DNA of 41,385 bases, from IMG/VR virus record IMGVR_UViG_3300031951_000404. One strand, given 5' to 3'. The position numbers and the translations under genes are program-made. Under the pieces are notes generated by a model that searched no databases, had not been told where the DNA came from, and saw nothing but the letters and a program-made list of their open reading frames with translations. This DNA comes from a virus. This document shows, one piece after another, positions 14,897 to 23,590 of this stretch. Within the stretch, counting starts at the first letter, position 1; each line of letters starts with the position of its first letter.

Positions 14897-16801
14897 GTGG
14901 CTCAAGGTGATCTAAGAGGTAACCTTACAGCCTCAGTTGCCAGCGTAACCAACCCGACCAACCTCACCGGATCGGTGGCCGTCTCTGTTGGCGACCTGAT
15001 CTATGTTGCCTTCTCGCAACAGACCGCCCTCACCGCAACGTCTGCGTCTGACAACCTCGGCAACACTTACTCAGCGGTAAACGCTGGCACGGACGGAGGA
15101 ACGCCGACACACCGCGCGTTCTATGCCCGCGTTACGACTGCCGGAACGCTCACGACGATTTCAGTTGCGGCGACTGCATCAACGAACGATGCAAGCGCGG
15201 TTGCCGCCGTCATTGAGGGGCCATTTATGGTTGGCCCTCTCGACGCCAATCCGGCTAATACGACAGACGGCACAACGCCGTTTACATGCCCAGCAACGGG
15301 AACACTGGCGCAGGCCGAAGAAGTCATCATGGCTTCCATCGGCATCAACTCCAACCAGACGGTTGCCGCGTCATCACCGTTTACCCTTTCAGGGACCGTT
15401 GCCCGCGCGAACATTTCAACTGGCGTCAGTCGGCAGAAGGTCAGCGCCACCACGACGCAGACACCGGAATTTACCGGAACCACGGCGGCTGCAGTTCAGA
15501 CGACGGCGAGCTTCAAGCTCGCACGGCTGGTAACCGCCGACCCCGGAAGCTTTACCGTTTCGGGAACAGCGGCAAATTTGGAACATGGCCGCGAGATAGC
15601 GGCAGACGGCGGCAGCTATAGCATCACGGGCACAGATGCCACGCTTGTGGGGCGGCCCCCCGGCATTTTCGACACCGGGATTTTTGACACCGGGATTTTC
15701 GATCACCCGAGTGTCGCCAAGACATTATCCGCAGGGGCGGGTGCGTTTGCGTTCACTGGAACGGACGCAAGTTTAGAGCGTGGGTTTGAGGTTGCCGCAG
15801 GGGCGGGTGCGTTTGCGTTCACTGGAACGGACGCCAGCCTTGAATATGGGCGTGAGGTTGCGGGCGGCGCGGGCAGTTACGCGGTCACAGGCACCGACGC
15901 CAACCTTGAATACGGGCGTGAGGTTCTGGCGGGGGCTGGCTCCTACGCAGTCACCGGAACCGATGCGAACCTTGAGTTTGGCAGGGAAGTCCTGGCGGAT
16001 GCCGGGGCATTCGCTTTTACAGGAACAGACGCAAGCCTAGAGTACGGCTTTGAAGTCCTGGCGGGTGCCGGGTCGTATGCCTTCACTGGCGTTGACGCGG
16101 CGCTTGAATATGGCCGGGAATTGGCAGCGGGTGCTGGTTCCTATGCCTTCACGGGTACGGATGCCACGCTGCTTTATTCTGGCGGGGCAAAGGTTCTTGG
16201 GGCCGATGCTGGTTCCTATGCTTTCACTGGAACGGACGCGAACCTTGAATATGGCCGCGAGATAGCGGCAGACGCCGGGGCTTATGCCTACACGGGACAG
16301 GACGCGAACCTTGAATATGGCCGCGAGATTGCGGCAGACGCCGGGGCTTATGCCTACACGGGACAGGACGCAACCCTTACCTATGCCGCATCGGCCAAGG
16401 CAATCGTTGCCGAACCCGGCGCGTTCACCTTCACGGGCACGGACGCAACCCTAGAATACGCCGCCGCCAACCAGAACGTACCGCCCCCGCGGCGTTATGG
16501 CAGTGGGCAGTACGGCGAACCCGCGAAACTCATCCTGTCATGGATGCCGCAAAAGAAGCGGAAAAAGGACGAAAAGGCCAAGGTTGAGATTGTCGAGGAT
16601 GCAATTGAGCAGGCGCTTGAGGCCGCTCCGGTTGCCCTGCCAATCAACCCCGAACAGGTCGAACTCGCCGCAAGGCTACTTCTTGCCGAGTATGGCTTGG
16701 CAGAGCTTCGCCGGATCAAATACGCCGAAACGCTGTTGCTTCGCATTGAGCAAGTGATGGCTGAAATGGATGACGAGGAAGTGCTGCTTCTTGCAGCCTA
16801 A
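14897..16801 (+). CDS. Repeat-containing fibre-like protein (13 x 22-aa repeats)
   Basis: 634 aa, GTG start. The N-terminal domain resembles the two 216-aa paralogues. The centre has the consensus AGAGSYAFTGTDANLEYGREV. The C-terminus is a charged helix. Confidence 0.8.
   Translation: MAQGDLRGNLTASVASVTNPTNLTGSVAVSVGDLIYVAFSQQTALTATSASDNLGNTYSAVNAGTDGGTPTHRAFYARVTTAGTLTTISVAATASTNDASAVAAVIEGPFMVGPLDANPANTTDGTTPFTCPATGTLAQAEEVIMASIGINSNQTVAASSPFTLSGTVARANISTGVSRQKVSATTTQTPEFTGTTAAAVQTTASFKLARLVTADPGSFTVSGTAANLEHGREIAADGGSYSITGTDATLVGRPPGIFDTGIFDTGIFDHPSVAKTLSAGAGAFAFTGTDASLERGFEVAAGAGAFAFTGTDASLEYGREVAGGAGSYAVTGTDANLEYGREVLAGAGSYAVTGTDANLEFGREVLADAGAFAFTGTDASLEYGFEVLAGAGSYAFTGVDAALEYGRELAAGAGSYAFTGTDATLLYSGGAKVLGADAGSYAFTGTDANLEYGREIAADAGAYAYTGQDANLEYGREIAADAGAYAYTGQDATLTYAASAKAIVAEPGAFTFTGTDATLEYAAANQNVPPPRRYGSGQYGEPAKLILSWMPQKKRKKDEKAKVEIVEDAIEQALEAAPVALPINPEQVELAARLLLAEYGLAELRRIKYAETLLLRIEQVMAEMDDEEVLLLAA
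15536..16459 (+). repeat. Tandem 66-bp (22-codon) repeat array, about 13 units, with an embedded 15-bp x3 repeat (15662-15706, GIFDT x3)
   Basis: The period was measured on the sequence: aaccttgaat at 16241 and 16307, and at 15902 and 15968. Some neighbouring units are nearly identical at DNA level. Confidence 0.9.
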
Positions 16802-16813
16802 ACAGGAGTACCA

Positions 16814-17707
16814 ATGTCCGAGTTCTTGAACTCACTCAACGCGCCCGAATCCGCCCCGGCTCAGTCATGGGCCGCAGAGGTTGCCGCCGCAGAATCCACA
16901 GCGCCCGCGCCTGAGCCCGTTGCGGAAGAGGCCGCACCGGAACCAGCCCCGGCAGCGGAAGCCGCTCCAGCGCCCGCAGAGGCCGTTCCTGAGCCCGTCG
17001 AGGATGACCGCCGCGTGCCGCTCAAGGCATTGCAGGAAGAGCGGGCCAAGCGGGCCGAGTACGAGCGCAAGCTGGCCGACTATGAGCGCCGCATGGCGGA
17101 ACTGGAACAGCGCACCAAGGCCCCGGAGCCGGAAGCGCCGAACGACCCCGACCCGGAGACGGACCCTATCGGGGCGCTCAAGTCCGCTAAGGAACAGCTT
17201 CGGCGCATGGCCGAGGAAACCCAGCGCCAGCAGTACGAAACTCACCTGAACACCGTGGCTTATAACGCCGCCGTCCAGTTCTCACAGACCGCGCCCGACT
17301 ATCGGGACGCTTATCAATACGCACTTCAGTCTCGCGCACAGGAATTGCGTGTCCTGGGGGCGGATGACACGACCATCCCACAGATTTTGAAGCGCGAGGA
17401 AATGGGCCTTATTGCAGCCGCCGTGAACAGCGGGCGCGACCCGGCGGCGGCAATCTATGAGTTTGCCAAGGCAAGGGGCTACGCTAGAAGCGCACCCGCC
17501 CCTGTGGCTCCCGCCGCCCATGCCCCGCCCGATCCGGCGCTACAGCAGGCCAAGAAGGCGGTCGCTGCATCCGCGGCAGCAGGCGGCGCACCCGCTGCCA
17601 AAGGCGAAATATCAGACGCCGAAGCCGTCAACCTCAAGGGCGCGGCCTTCGATGCGTACTGGAACAAGAAATTTGGCGGGAATCGAAGCTCGATGTTCCG
17701 CGAATAG
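16814..17707 (+). CDS. Putative scaffolding protein
   Basis: 297 aa, immediately upstream of the capsid gene. Ala/Pro/Glu-rich N-terminus followed by a coiled coil (ERAKRAEYERKLADYERRMAELEQR). Confidence 0.6.
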   Translation: MSEFLNSLNAPESAPAQSWAAEVAAAESTAPAPEPVAEEAAPEPAPAAEAAPAPAEAVPEPVEDDRRVPLKALQEERAKRAEYERKLADYERRMAELEQRTKAPEPEAPNDPDPETDPIGALKSAKEQLRRMAEETQRQQYETHLNTVAYNAAVQFSQTAPDYRDAYQYALQSRAQELRVLGADDTTIPQILKREEMGLIAAAVNSGRDPAAAIYEFAKARGYARSAPAPVAPAAHAPPDPALQQAKKAVAASAAAGGAPAAKGEISDAEAVNLKGAAFDAYWNKKFGGNRSSMFRE

Positions 17708-17720
17708 CAACCCCTAACCC

Positions 17721-17820
17721 GGTGCCGCCGACCTACTCACGGGCGCGTTTCGCTAGTCCAGCGTCAAGGGACACAAGGTGCCGCCAACCTGAATGGGCGC
17801 TTCGCCGCTGACCAGCGTCA
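17721..17820 (+). repeat. Imperfect tandem direct repeat (about 45 bp x2) in the capsid-gene leader
   Basis: R1 is 17721-17766 and R2 is 17777-17820. They share the blocks GGTGCCGCC(G/A)ACCT ... GGGCGC ... CCAGCGTCA. Confidence 0.85.
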
Positions 17821-17862
17821 TTGGTCGGAAAATCATCAACACCACTTTTGGGAATTAGTGAA

Positions 17863-18939
17863 ATGGCTACAACCGATTATCCGGTTGGTCATCCGCTTGC
17901 CGTAAAGCTGTGGTCGAAGAAGATTGCGCGTGAAGCGTTGAAGGAAACGATGGCCATGAAGTTCATGGGCACGTCCTCCAACAATCTCATTCAGGTTTTC
18001 GATGACACCAGCAAGGGCGCGGGCGACCGTATCCGAGTCCCACTCCGCATGCAGCTTTCGGGCCGTGGCGTAGGCGAAACCGAGGCTCTTGAGGGCAACG
18101 AAGAGGCTCTCTCGACCTACTACGATGACACGCTCATCAACGATCTGGCCCACGCAGTTCGCGTGAAGACGACCATTGATGCCCAGCGCGTCCCGTTCTC
18201 CGTCCGTGAGGAAGCCCGTCTTGGTATCCAGGATTGGTATTCCGACCGTATCGACCAGATGATTGCGAACCAGCTTGCGGGCAACACCGCACAGTCTGAC
18301 ACGCTTTACACTGGCAACAACGCCGCTATTGCGCCGTCTTCCGGCACGGGTGCGGATCGTCGTTGGCTCATTCGTGAGCAGGACACGGAAACCGACCACA
18401 CTTCCGAAGCCTCGCTTTCCACGTCCGATACCTTCAGCCTCAAGCTGCTGGATCGTGCCGTTGCGATTGCGAAGACCTCCTCGCCGCTTATCCGCCCGAT
18501 CAAGGTGGGTTCGCAGTCCTACTATGTCGCATTCCTGCACCCCTATCAGGTGAAGGACATGCGGACCTCGACCAACACGGGCGACTGGCTTGATATCCAG
18601 AAGGCCGCGATGGGCGGGGGCGATGTGAACGACAATCCCATCTTCACGGGTGCGCTTGGCGTTTACAACGGTGTCGTGCTGCATGAGTGGACCCGCCTGC
18701 CGAATGGCATCGGGGCAAACTCTGCCAACACCCGCCGGGCCGTGTTCTGCGGAGCGCAGTCTGTATCTCTTGCTTGGGGCCAGGGTTATTCCGAAGCGCC
18801 CAAGTACATTGAAGACCTGTTTGACTATGACCGCCAGTTCGGCGTGTCGGTTCAGACGATCATCGGTGCCAAGAAGATGCAGTTCAACTCCAAGGACTTC
18901 GGCACCATCGTAATGTCAACCTATGCCGCAGCGCCGTAA
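17863..18939 (+). CDS. Major capsid protein, N4-gp56-like family
   Basis: MATTDYPVGHPLAVKLWSKKIAREALKET..KFMG ... GDRIRVPLRMQLSGRGVGETEALEGNEEAL matches the N4-type capsid signature. The ATG is preceded by ggaattagtgaa. Confidence 0.85.
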   Translation: MATTDYPVGHPLAVKLWSKKIAREALKETMAMKFMGTSSNNLIQVFDDTSKGAGDRIRVPLRMQLSGRGVGETEALEGNEEALSTYYDDTLINDLAHAVRVKTTIDAQRVPFSVREEARLGIQDWYSDRIDQMIANQLAGNTAQSDTLYTGNNAAIAPSSGTGADRRWLIREQDTETDHTSEASLSTSDTFSLKLLDRAVAIAKTSSPLIRPIKVGSQSYYVAFLHPYQVKDMRTSTNTGDWLDIQKAAMGGGDVNDNPIFTGALGVYNGVVLHEWTRLPNGIGANSANTRRAVFCGAQSVSLAWGQGYSEAPKYIEDLFDYDRQFGVSVQTIIGAKKMQFNSKDFGTIVMSTYAAAP

Positions 18940-18954
18940 GGGAGGGAAAACCAC

Positions 18955-19398
18955 ATGGCTTCCGTAACCTTCACGACTCAGTCGGCAATGCAGCCCACCT
19001 ATAGGGGTGCAACCGTCCAGACCAAGGTGCAGACGCTCGTTTCGACTGCGACCTTCTCCAACGGTGACGTGTACATCCTCAACAATATCAAGATTCCGCA
19101 TCGCGCTGTCATCACGGCAGTCAGCTATCGCGGGTCCGTTGTTGACGGACAATACATCATCGAAATGGGCCTTGCGGGCTCCAACGGTGTGCTTGACGTC
19201 TTCGGTTCGAAGACGTTCTCCGCTACCGCTGTTATCGCCCTCACGGCTGTTTCGCCCAACGTCCTCCCCATGACGGTTTCCGTCTCGGATGATGCCGTTG
19301 AGCGTTACCAGACCCTCGCCGTTCGCGTTGACGGCGCGGCCACCTCTGGAACGACCTCCGTGTCGCTCCAGTTCATGGTGTCTTACTACTGCCCGTAA
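18955..19398 (+). CDS. Hypothetical protein after the capsid gene (possible decoration protein)
   Basis: 147 aa, with GGAGGG upstream. The function is inferred from position only. Confidence 0.55.
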   Translation: MASVTFTTQSAMQPTYRGATVQTKVQTLVSTATFSNGDVYILNNIKIPHRAVITAVSYRGSVVDGQYIIEMGLAGSNGVLDVFGSKTFSATAVIALTAVSPNVLPMTVSVSDDAVERYQTLAVRVDGAATSGTTSVSLQFMVSYYCP

Positions 19399-19406
19399 CG
19401 GGCGCG

Positions 19407-19433
19407 GGGCGGGGGAGCAATCTCCCGCCCTTT
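19407..19433 (+). terminator. Weak hairpin/terminator after the capsid pair
   Basis: gggcgggggag-caat-ctcccgccc (9 bp with a 2-nt bulge) followed by only TTT. Confidence 0.4.
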
Positions 19434-19458
19434 CATCACAGCACAACCAGGAGAGCAG

Positions 19459-20925
19459 ATGCAGTTCGCTGACGTGATCGCTTCATTGCAAGAACGACAC
19501 ATGACCCTCACCAAGTCGGCCTCAACCGAGCACAATGAGTGGGAAAGTCTTGAAGCGGAATATCTGCACTGGCTCAACAAGTTTCCCGACAGGCCGGAAC
19601 TGCTGTTCCAGCTTGGCACCTACTACATGCAGCGCGACAAGCGCGGCCTCGCCATTGCCCTCATCGAACGGTCAGTGAATTGCGGCGCACTCGGCGCAGG
19701 GCCTTACCTCAACATCGCGGCGGCCTACAAGCAGGACCACAACGACGAAAAGGCGATGGAGTACTACAAGAAGGCGCTTGAGGAATCTGAAAAGAACCCG
19801 CCGCCGGGTTCGGTGAACAAGGACAAGGCATTCGCCCTTCACGGTATCGGAAGCATCTACGTCAATGCGGGCCAGCCCGCACTGTGCAAGCTGTGGAGCG
19901 AAAGGGCGCTTGCGGTTGATCCAGATGACCGCCACGCGATGTGGAACAAGGGCCTTGCTCACCTTGAACTCGGAGAGTGGGAAGAAGGCTTCCGCATCTA
20001 TGACACGGCTGGCTTCGACCCCGGCGGCATCATGCCAACGGAACGCAAGCTGAAGACCTACGGCGGCCTGCCCAAGTGGGACGGCACACCCGGACAGACG
20101 GTTGTAACCTACGGCGAACAGGGCGTTGGCGACGAAATCATGTTCGCGTCCATGATCCCCGACTTGATGAAGGACTGCAAGGTTATCATTGATTGCGACC
20201 ATCGCATTGAAAAGATGCTGAATCGGTCATTCCCCGAACTGGAAGCGGTCTATCCGACGAGCGATGTGAACGCGCCGTTCCCGTGGAAGGCAGACCACAA
20301 GATTGATGCTTATGTGCCGATGGGCAGCCTGGGCCGCCACTATCGCAAGAAGGCGGGGGACTTCCCGAAGGTGGCCTATCTCAAGGCGGACCCGGAGAAG
20401 ATTGAGATTTGGGGCCAGCATGTGGCCTCGCTGCCAAAGGGGCTCAACGTCGGTCTTTCGTGGGCTGGGGGCCTGAAGAAAACCCGCTTCGACAAGCGGA
20501 CCATCGTTCTGGACCATTTGCAGCCATTGCTTGAAACCAAGGGCGTCAATTTCATCAGCCTTCAGTATCACAAGTGGGCGGCTGACGAGGTTGCCCGCGT
20601 GGGAAGCCGGATCGGCGTTCCCATCTACCATTGGGGCGATGCGATTGCCGACTACGAGGACACGGCGGGGCTGCTGATGAACCTCGACCTTGTGATTACG
20701 GTCAACACCTCGCTGCATCATCTGGCCGGGTCGCTCGGCGTGAAACAGTGGTGCATGACCCCCGTCATGTGCGCGTGGCGGTATGGCGTGTCCGGGCCTT
20801 CGCCTTGGTACGGCAATTGCGAAATGTACCGCCAGAAGAAAGACGGCGAATGGAAGGGCGTTATCAAGCGCGCCGCTGACGATCTGGCGAAGATGGTGCA
20901 GGCATCAGAGAGGGTCGCGGCATGA
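19459..20925 (+). CDS. TPR-repeat + GT-B (GT9-like) glycosyltransferase, putative protein glycosyltransferase
   Basis: The N-terminal half has TPR-like repeats (AAAYKQDHNDEKAMEYYKKALE; WNKGLAHLELGEWEEGFRIYD). The C-terminal half has GEQGVGDEIMFASMIPDL, GLSWAGG and DLVITVNTSLHHLAGSLG. Confidence 0.7.
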   Translation: MQFADVIASLQERHMTLTKSASTEHNEWESLEAEYLHWLNKFPDRPELLFQLGTYYMQRDKRGLAIALIERSVNCGALGAGPYLNIAAAYKQDHNDEKAMEYYKKALEESEKNPPPGSVNKDKAFALHGIGSIYVNAGQPALCKLWSERALAVDPDDRHAMWNKGLAHLELGEWEEGFRIYDTAGFDPGGIMPTERKLKTYGGLPKWDGTPGQTVVTYGEQGVGDEIMFASMIPDLMKDCKVIIDCDHRIEKMLNRSFPELEAVYPTSDVNAPFPWKADHKIDAYVPMGSLGRHYRKKAGDFPKVAYLKADPEKIEIWGQHVASLPKGLNVGLSWAGGLKKTRFDKRTIVLDHLQPLLETKGVNFISLQYHKWAADEVARVGSRIGVPIYHWGDAIADYEDTAGLLMNLDLVITVNTSLHHLAGSLGVKQWCMTPVMCAWRYGVSGPSPWYGNCEMYRQKKDGEWKGVIKRAADDLAKMVQASERVAA

Positions 20926-21140
20926 ACGGCAACGTCTTCACGTTCCCCAACAAGGGAAAGATGACGGCAAATTCGGTCCTTGATGATGCGCGTGACAAGC
21001 TGGAGGACTGCATTGTCCTTGGCGTCACGAAGGAAGGGGATGCCTATTACAGTGTGTTCGCGCAAGACGCGGGGCAAGTCATCTTTCTACTCCGCGCACT
21101 TGAACACGTTGTACTCACACAGGAGTTGAGCGGCGAATGA
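20922..21140 (+). CDS. Hypothetical protein (72 aa) inside the glyco island
   Basis: ATGA overlaps at both ends. Confidence 0.55.
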   Translation: MNGNVFTFPNKGKMTANSVLDDARDKLEDCIVLGVTKEGDAYYSVFAQDAGQVIFLLRALEHVVLTQELSGE

Positions 21141-21652
21141 TGCTGATCACGCCAGAATATCGTGAACTGAACCGCAAGTTACATGCAACCAATCCCGTTT
21201 ATGGCGTCAGCGGGTTCCGTTATGTCGATGCTGCCAGGAGACTGTCTCAATGGGGCAGGCTTGACATTCTGGACTACGGATGCGGCAAGGCCGTCCTCGC
21301 AGAGAAGTTAGGCCCCGCATACCGCGTCACCAATTACGACCCTTGCATTGAAGGGCTTGACACGCCGCCCGAACCGCATGACGTGGTGATGTGCACCGAT
21401 GTCATGGAGCATGTTGAACCCGAGTTCATCATGCCCGTTCTGAAGGACATTCGGCGTCTGACGCGCGAATTTGCGTTCTTTGTCGTATCGACGGAGCCCG
21501 CGCAAAAGGTCCTAGAGGATGGCCGGAACGCCCACATTTCGCTTCATCCGCCGAAGTGGTGGCTGGAACGGATGGAAGAAGCAGGGTTTGAGGTGCTTGA
21601 GACGATTGACGATGACGGCAAGCACCTGACGTTCGGAGCCGTTTTGCGGTGA
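21137..21652 (+). CDS. Class I SAM-dependent methyltransferase
   Basis: Motif I LDILDYGCGKAVLA, and post-I/II VVMCTDVMEHVEPE. Confidence 0.75.
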   Translation: MMLITPEYRELNRKLHATNPVYGVSGFRYVDAARRLSQWGRLDILDYGCGKAVLAEKLGPAYRVTNYDPCIEGLDTPPEPHDVVMCTDVMEHVEPEFIMPVLKDIRRLTREFAFFVVSTEPAQKVLEDGRNAHISLHPPKWWLERMEEAGFEVLETIDDDGKHLTFGAVLR

Positions 21653-22323
21653 TGGACGGCGACCTGAAAGCGGCATGGAAGCTGCTTGTTAAAAACGGAT
21701 ACCAGTTCTATCGCAACAAGATATGGAAGGAAGACCCGCAGTTCGTGGCCGTTCGCCAGAAGGTCAAGGACATAGGGATTAGCGGGATACCGGATGACCG
21801 TTGTTTTTTCCTTCTTGAGGCGGCGCGGAAACTGACGGTTCCCGGCGATGTGGTGGAATGCGGCGTGAGGTTCGGACGCTCAACCTACTACATCGCCAGC
21901 GGCACGGATCGCGGGATTGAGGTATTTGACTCATTTGAGGGGCTTTCGGCACCATCTGAGGAAGATGGCGACAGTTGGAAGGCGGGCGATTGCCTCGCAT
22001 CCCTTGACGAGTTTGAAGCAAACCTTGACGAGTTCGCGCACCGCATATCGGTTCACAAGGGTTGGATACCCGACACGCTGAAGGAATGCAGGGCAACGCA
22101 GATTGCGCTGCTTCACCTGGACCTTGACTTGTATGGGCCGACACTGGCGGCGCTGACCTATTTCTGGCCCCGCGTGGCAAGGGGCGGGTTTGTGATCTGC
22201 GACGATTACGGCTCGACGCTCTGCCCCGGAGCGAAGGCCGCATTTGACGAGTTCTTTGCCGGCAAAACGGAAAAACCGCTGGGGTTGCCTAGCGCACAAT
22301 GCATCGTGACGAAACTCAACTGA
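21649..22323 (+). CDS. TylF/MycF-family (macrocin-type) sugar O-methyltransferase
   Basis: VECGVRFGRST, FDSFEGL, LLHLDLDLYGPTLAAL and GGFVICDDYG are TylF-family hallmarks. Confidence 0.8.
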   Translation: MMDGDLKAAWKLLVKNGYQFYRNKIWKEDPQFVAVRQKVKDIGISGIPDDRCFFLLEAARKLTVPGDVVECGVRFGRSTYYIASGTDRGIEVFDSFEGLSAPSEEDGDSWKAGDCLASLDEFEANLDEFAHRISVHKGWIPDTLKECRATQIALLHLDLDLYGPTLAALTYFWPRVARGGFVICDDYGSTLCPGAKAAFDEFFAGKTEKPLGLPSAQCIVTKLN

Positions 22324-22334
22324 AAGGACACCAC

Positions 22335-23108
22335 TTGTACAAGGCGCTGACGAGAGCGGACATTCTCAACGTATGGATTGGCTATGACAGCCGTGAGCCC
22401 GAAGCCTTTGAGGTTCTGAAGGCATCCATCCTGAAGCACGCCACGATGGCAGTGAATATCCAGAAGCTTGATGAACGCGCCTTGCGCCATGCGGGCCTCT
22501 ACCGCCGCACATGGCAGGCTGACGGGTGCCAGAAGGTGGACAAGATCGACGGCAAGCCCTTCAGCACGGAGTTTTCGTTCACGCGGTTCCTGGTGCCTGC
22601 GCTTCAGCAGTGGGAAGGCTGGGGGCTCTTCGTAGATTGCGACCAATTGTTCCTGACGGACATTGCCGAAATGCTGCACGAAATGGACCCGGCGAAAGCG
22701 GTTCAGGTGTGCCAACAGAACTATCAGCCGACCGAAGGGCTGAAGATGGATGGCCAGAAACAGGAGCGTTACTACCGCAAGAACTGGTCAAGCGTGATGC
22801 TGTTCAACTGCGCGCATCCGTCAAATCGCTGGCTGACGCCGGATGTGGTGAACGCGGAACCCGGCTCATGGCTGCATGGTTTTGGGTGGCTGCCGGATGG
22901 CGATATTGGCGAGTTAGATCATGGGTGGAATTGGATTGCGGATTGCACAAAGGTAAAGCCGAAGAACGTACATTTTACCTTGGGCGCATGTTGGTTTCCT
23001 CATCTTCGCCACGCTGATCAGCCATACTTTGAAGAATGGCGGCAAGCAGCCAAAGAGATTGGCGTGTGGCGTCATATGTGTGAAAAACAGGACAAGCAAA
23101 CTGCATGA
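22335..23108 (+). CDS. GT-A fold (GT8-like) glycosyltransferase
   Basis: FSFTRFLVP, the DxD motif LFVDCDQLF, and KNWSSVMLFNC ... LHGFGWL ... WNW. A TTG start at 22335 is preferred (AAGGA 7 nt upstream). The track ORF starts at 22299 inside the previous gene. Confidence 0.65.
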   Translation: MYKALTRADILNVWIGYDSREPEAFEVLKASILKHATMAVNIQKLDERALRHAGLYRRTWQADGCQKVDKIDGKPFSTEFSFTRFLVPALQQWEGWGLFVDCDQLFLTDIAEMLHEMDPAKAVQVCQQNYQPTEGLKMDGQKQERYYRKNWSSVMLFNCAHPSNRWLTPDVVNAEPGSWLHGFGWLPDGDIGELDHGWNWIADCTKVKPKNVHFTLGACWFPHLRHADQPYFEEWRQAAKEIGVWRHMCEKQDKQTA

Positions 23109-23590
23109 GTTTCAAAAAGGGCTGGGACTCAAGAACCCCAGGAACTTTAGAACAGCATTGGTCACGATATGTAAGTGACCGCCCCGCCAATGCCTGCTGG
23201 GAATGGCAGGGAACAAAAGACAAAGACGGGTATGGAAAGTTTTGCCACGACGGGAAGCACCTTCGTGGACATCGAGCTTCCTACATGATCAACTACGGTG
23301 AAATACCAGATGGCCTTTTGGTGTGCCACACTTGTGACAATCCATCTTGCGTGAACCCGGCGCATCTTTTCTTGGGTAATACGCGGATCAACACGATTGA
23401 CATGATTCAAAAGGACCGTGGTCCAAGGCAGAAACTAACAACGCAAGACGTTCTTAAAATCCGCGAGTTACTAGCGGAAGGCTACGGAACGGAGGACCTT
23501 TCCATAAAATTCAGGGTTCATAGGTATACTATTTGCCGCATTCGAAGCGGAAGGCGCTGGGGCCATATGCTGAGTGGGGCCGCTGCATGA
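23105..23590 (+). CDS. HNH homing endonuclease (HNH_3 type with C-terminal HTH)
   Basis: CWEWQGTKDKDGYGKF...GHRASYMINYGEIPDGLLVCHTCDNPSCVNPAHLFLGN. A 60-nt sample counted by hand is about 45% GC, against about 60% in a neighbouring 60-nt sample. Confidence 0.85.
   Translation: MSFKKGWDSRTPGTLEQHWSRYVSDRPANACWEWQGTKDKDGYGKFCHDGKHLRGHRASYMINYGEIPDGLLVCHTCDNPSCVNPAHLFLGNTRINTIDMIQKDRGPRQKLTTQDVLKIRELLAEGYGTEDLSIKFRVHRYTICRIRSGRRWGHMLSGAAA

Noticed and set aside
13795-16801. Diversity-generating retroelement targeting the fibre genes
   Set aside because: There is no reverse transcriptase in the genome, and I saw no template/variable repeat pair with adenine-specific differences. The repeats are tandem coding units.
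17836-18684. 282-aa minus-strand ORF
   Set aside because: It lies entirely antisense to the well-supported N4-type major capsid gene, and its translation is Arg-rich and low in complexity.
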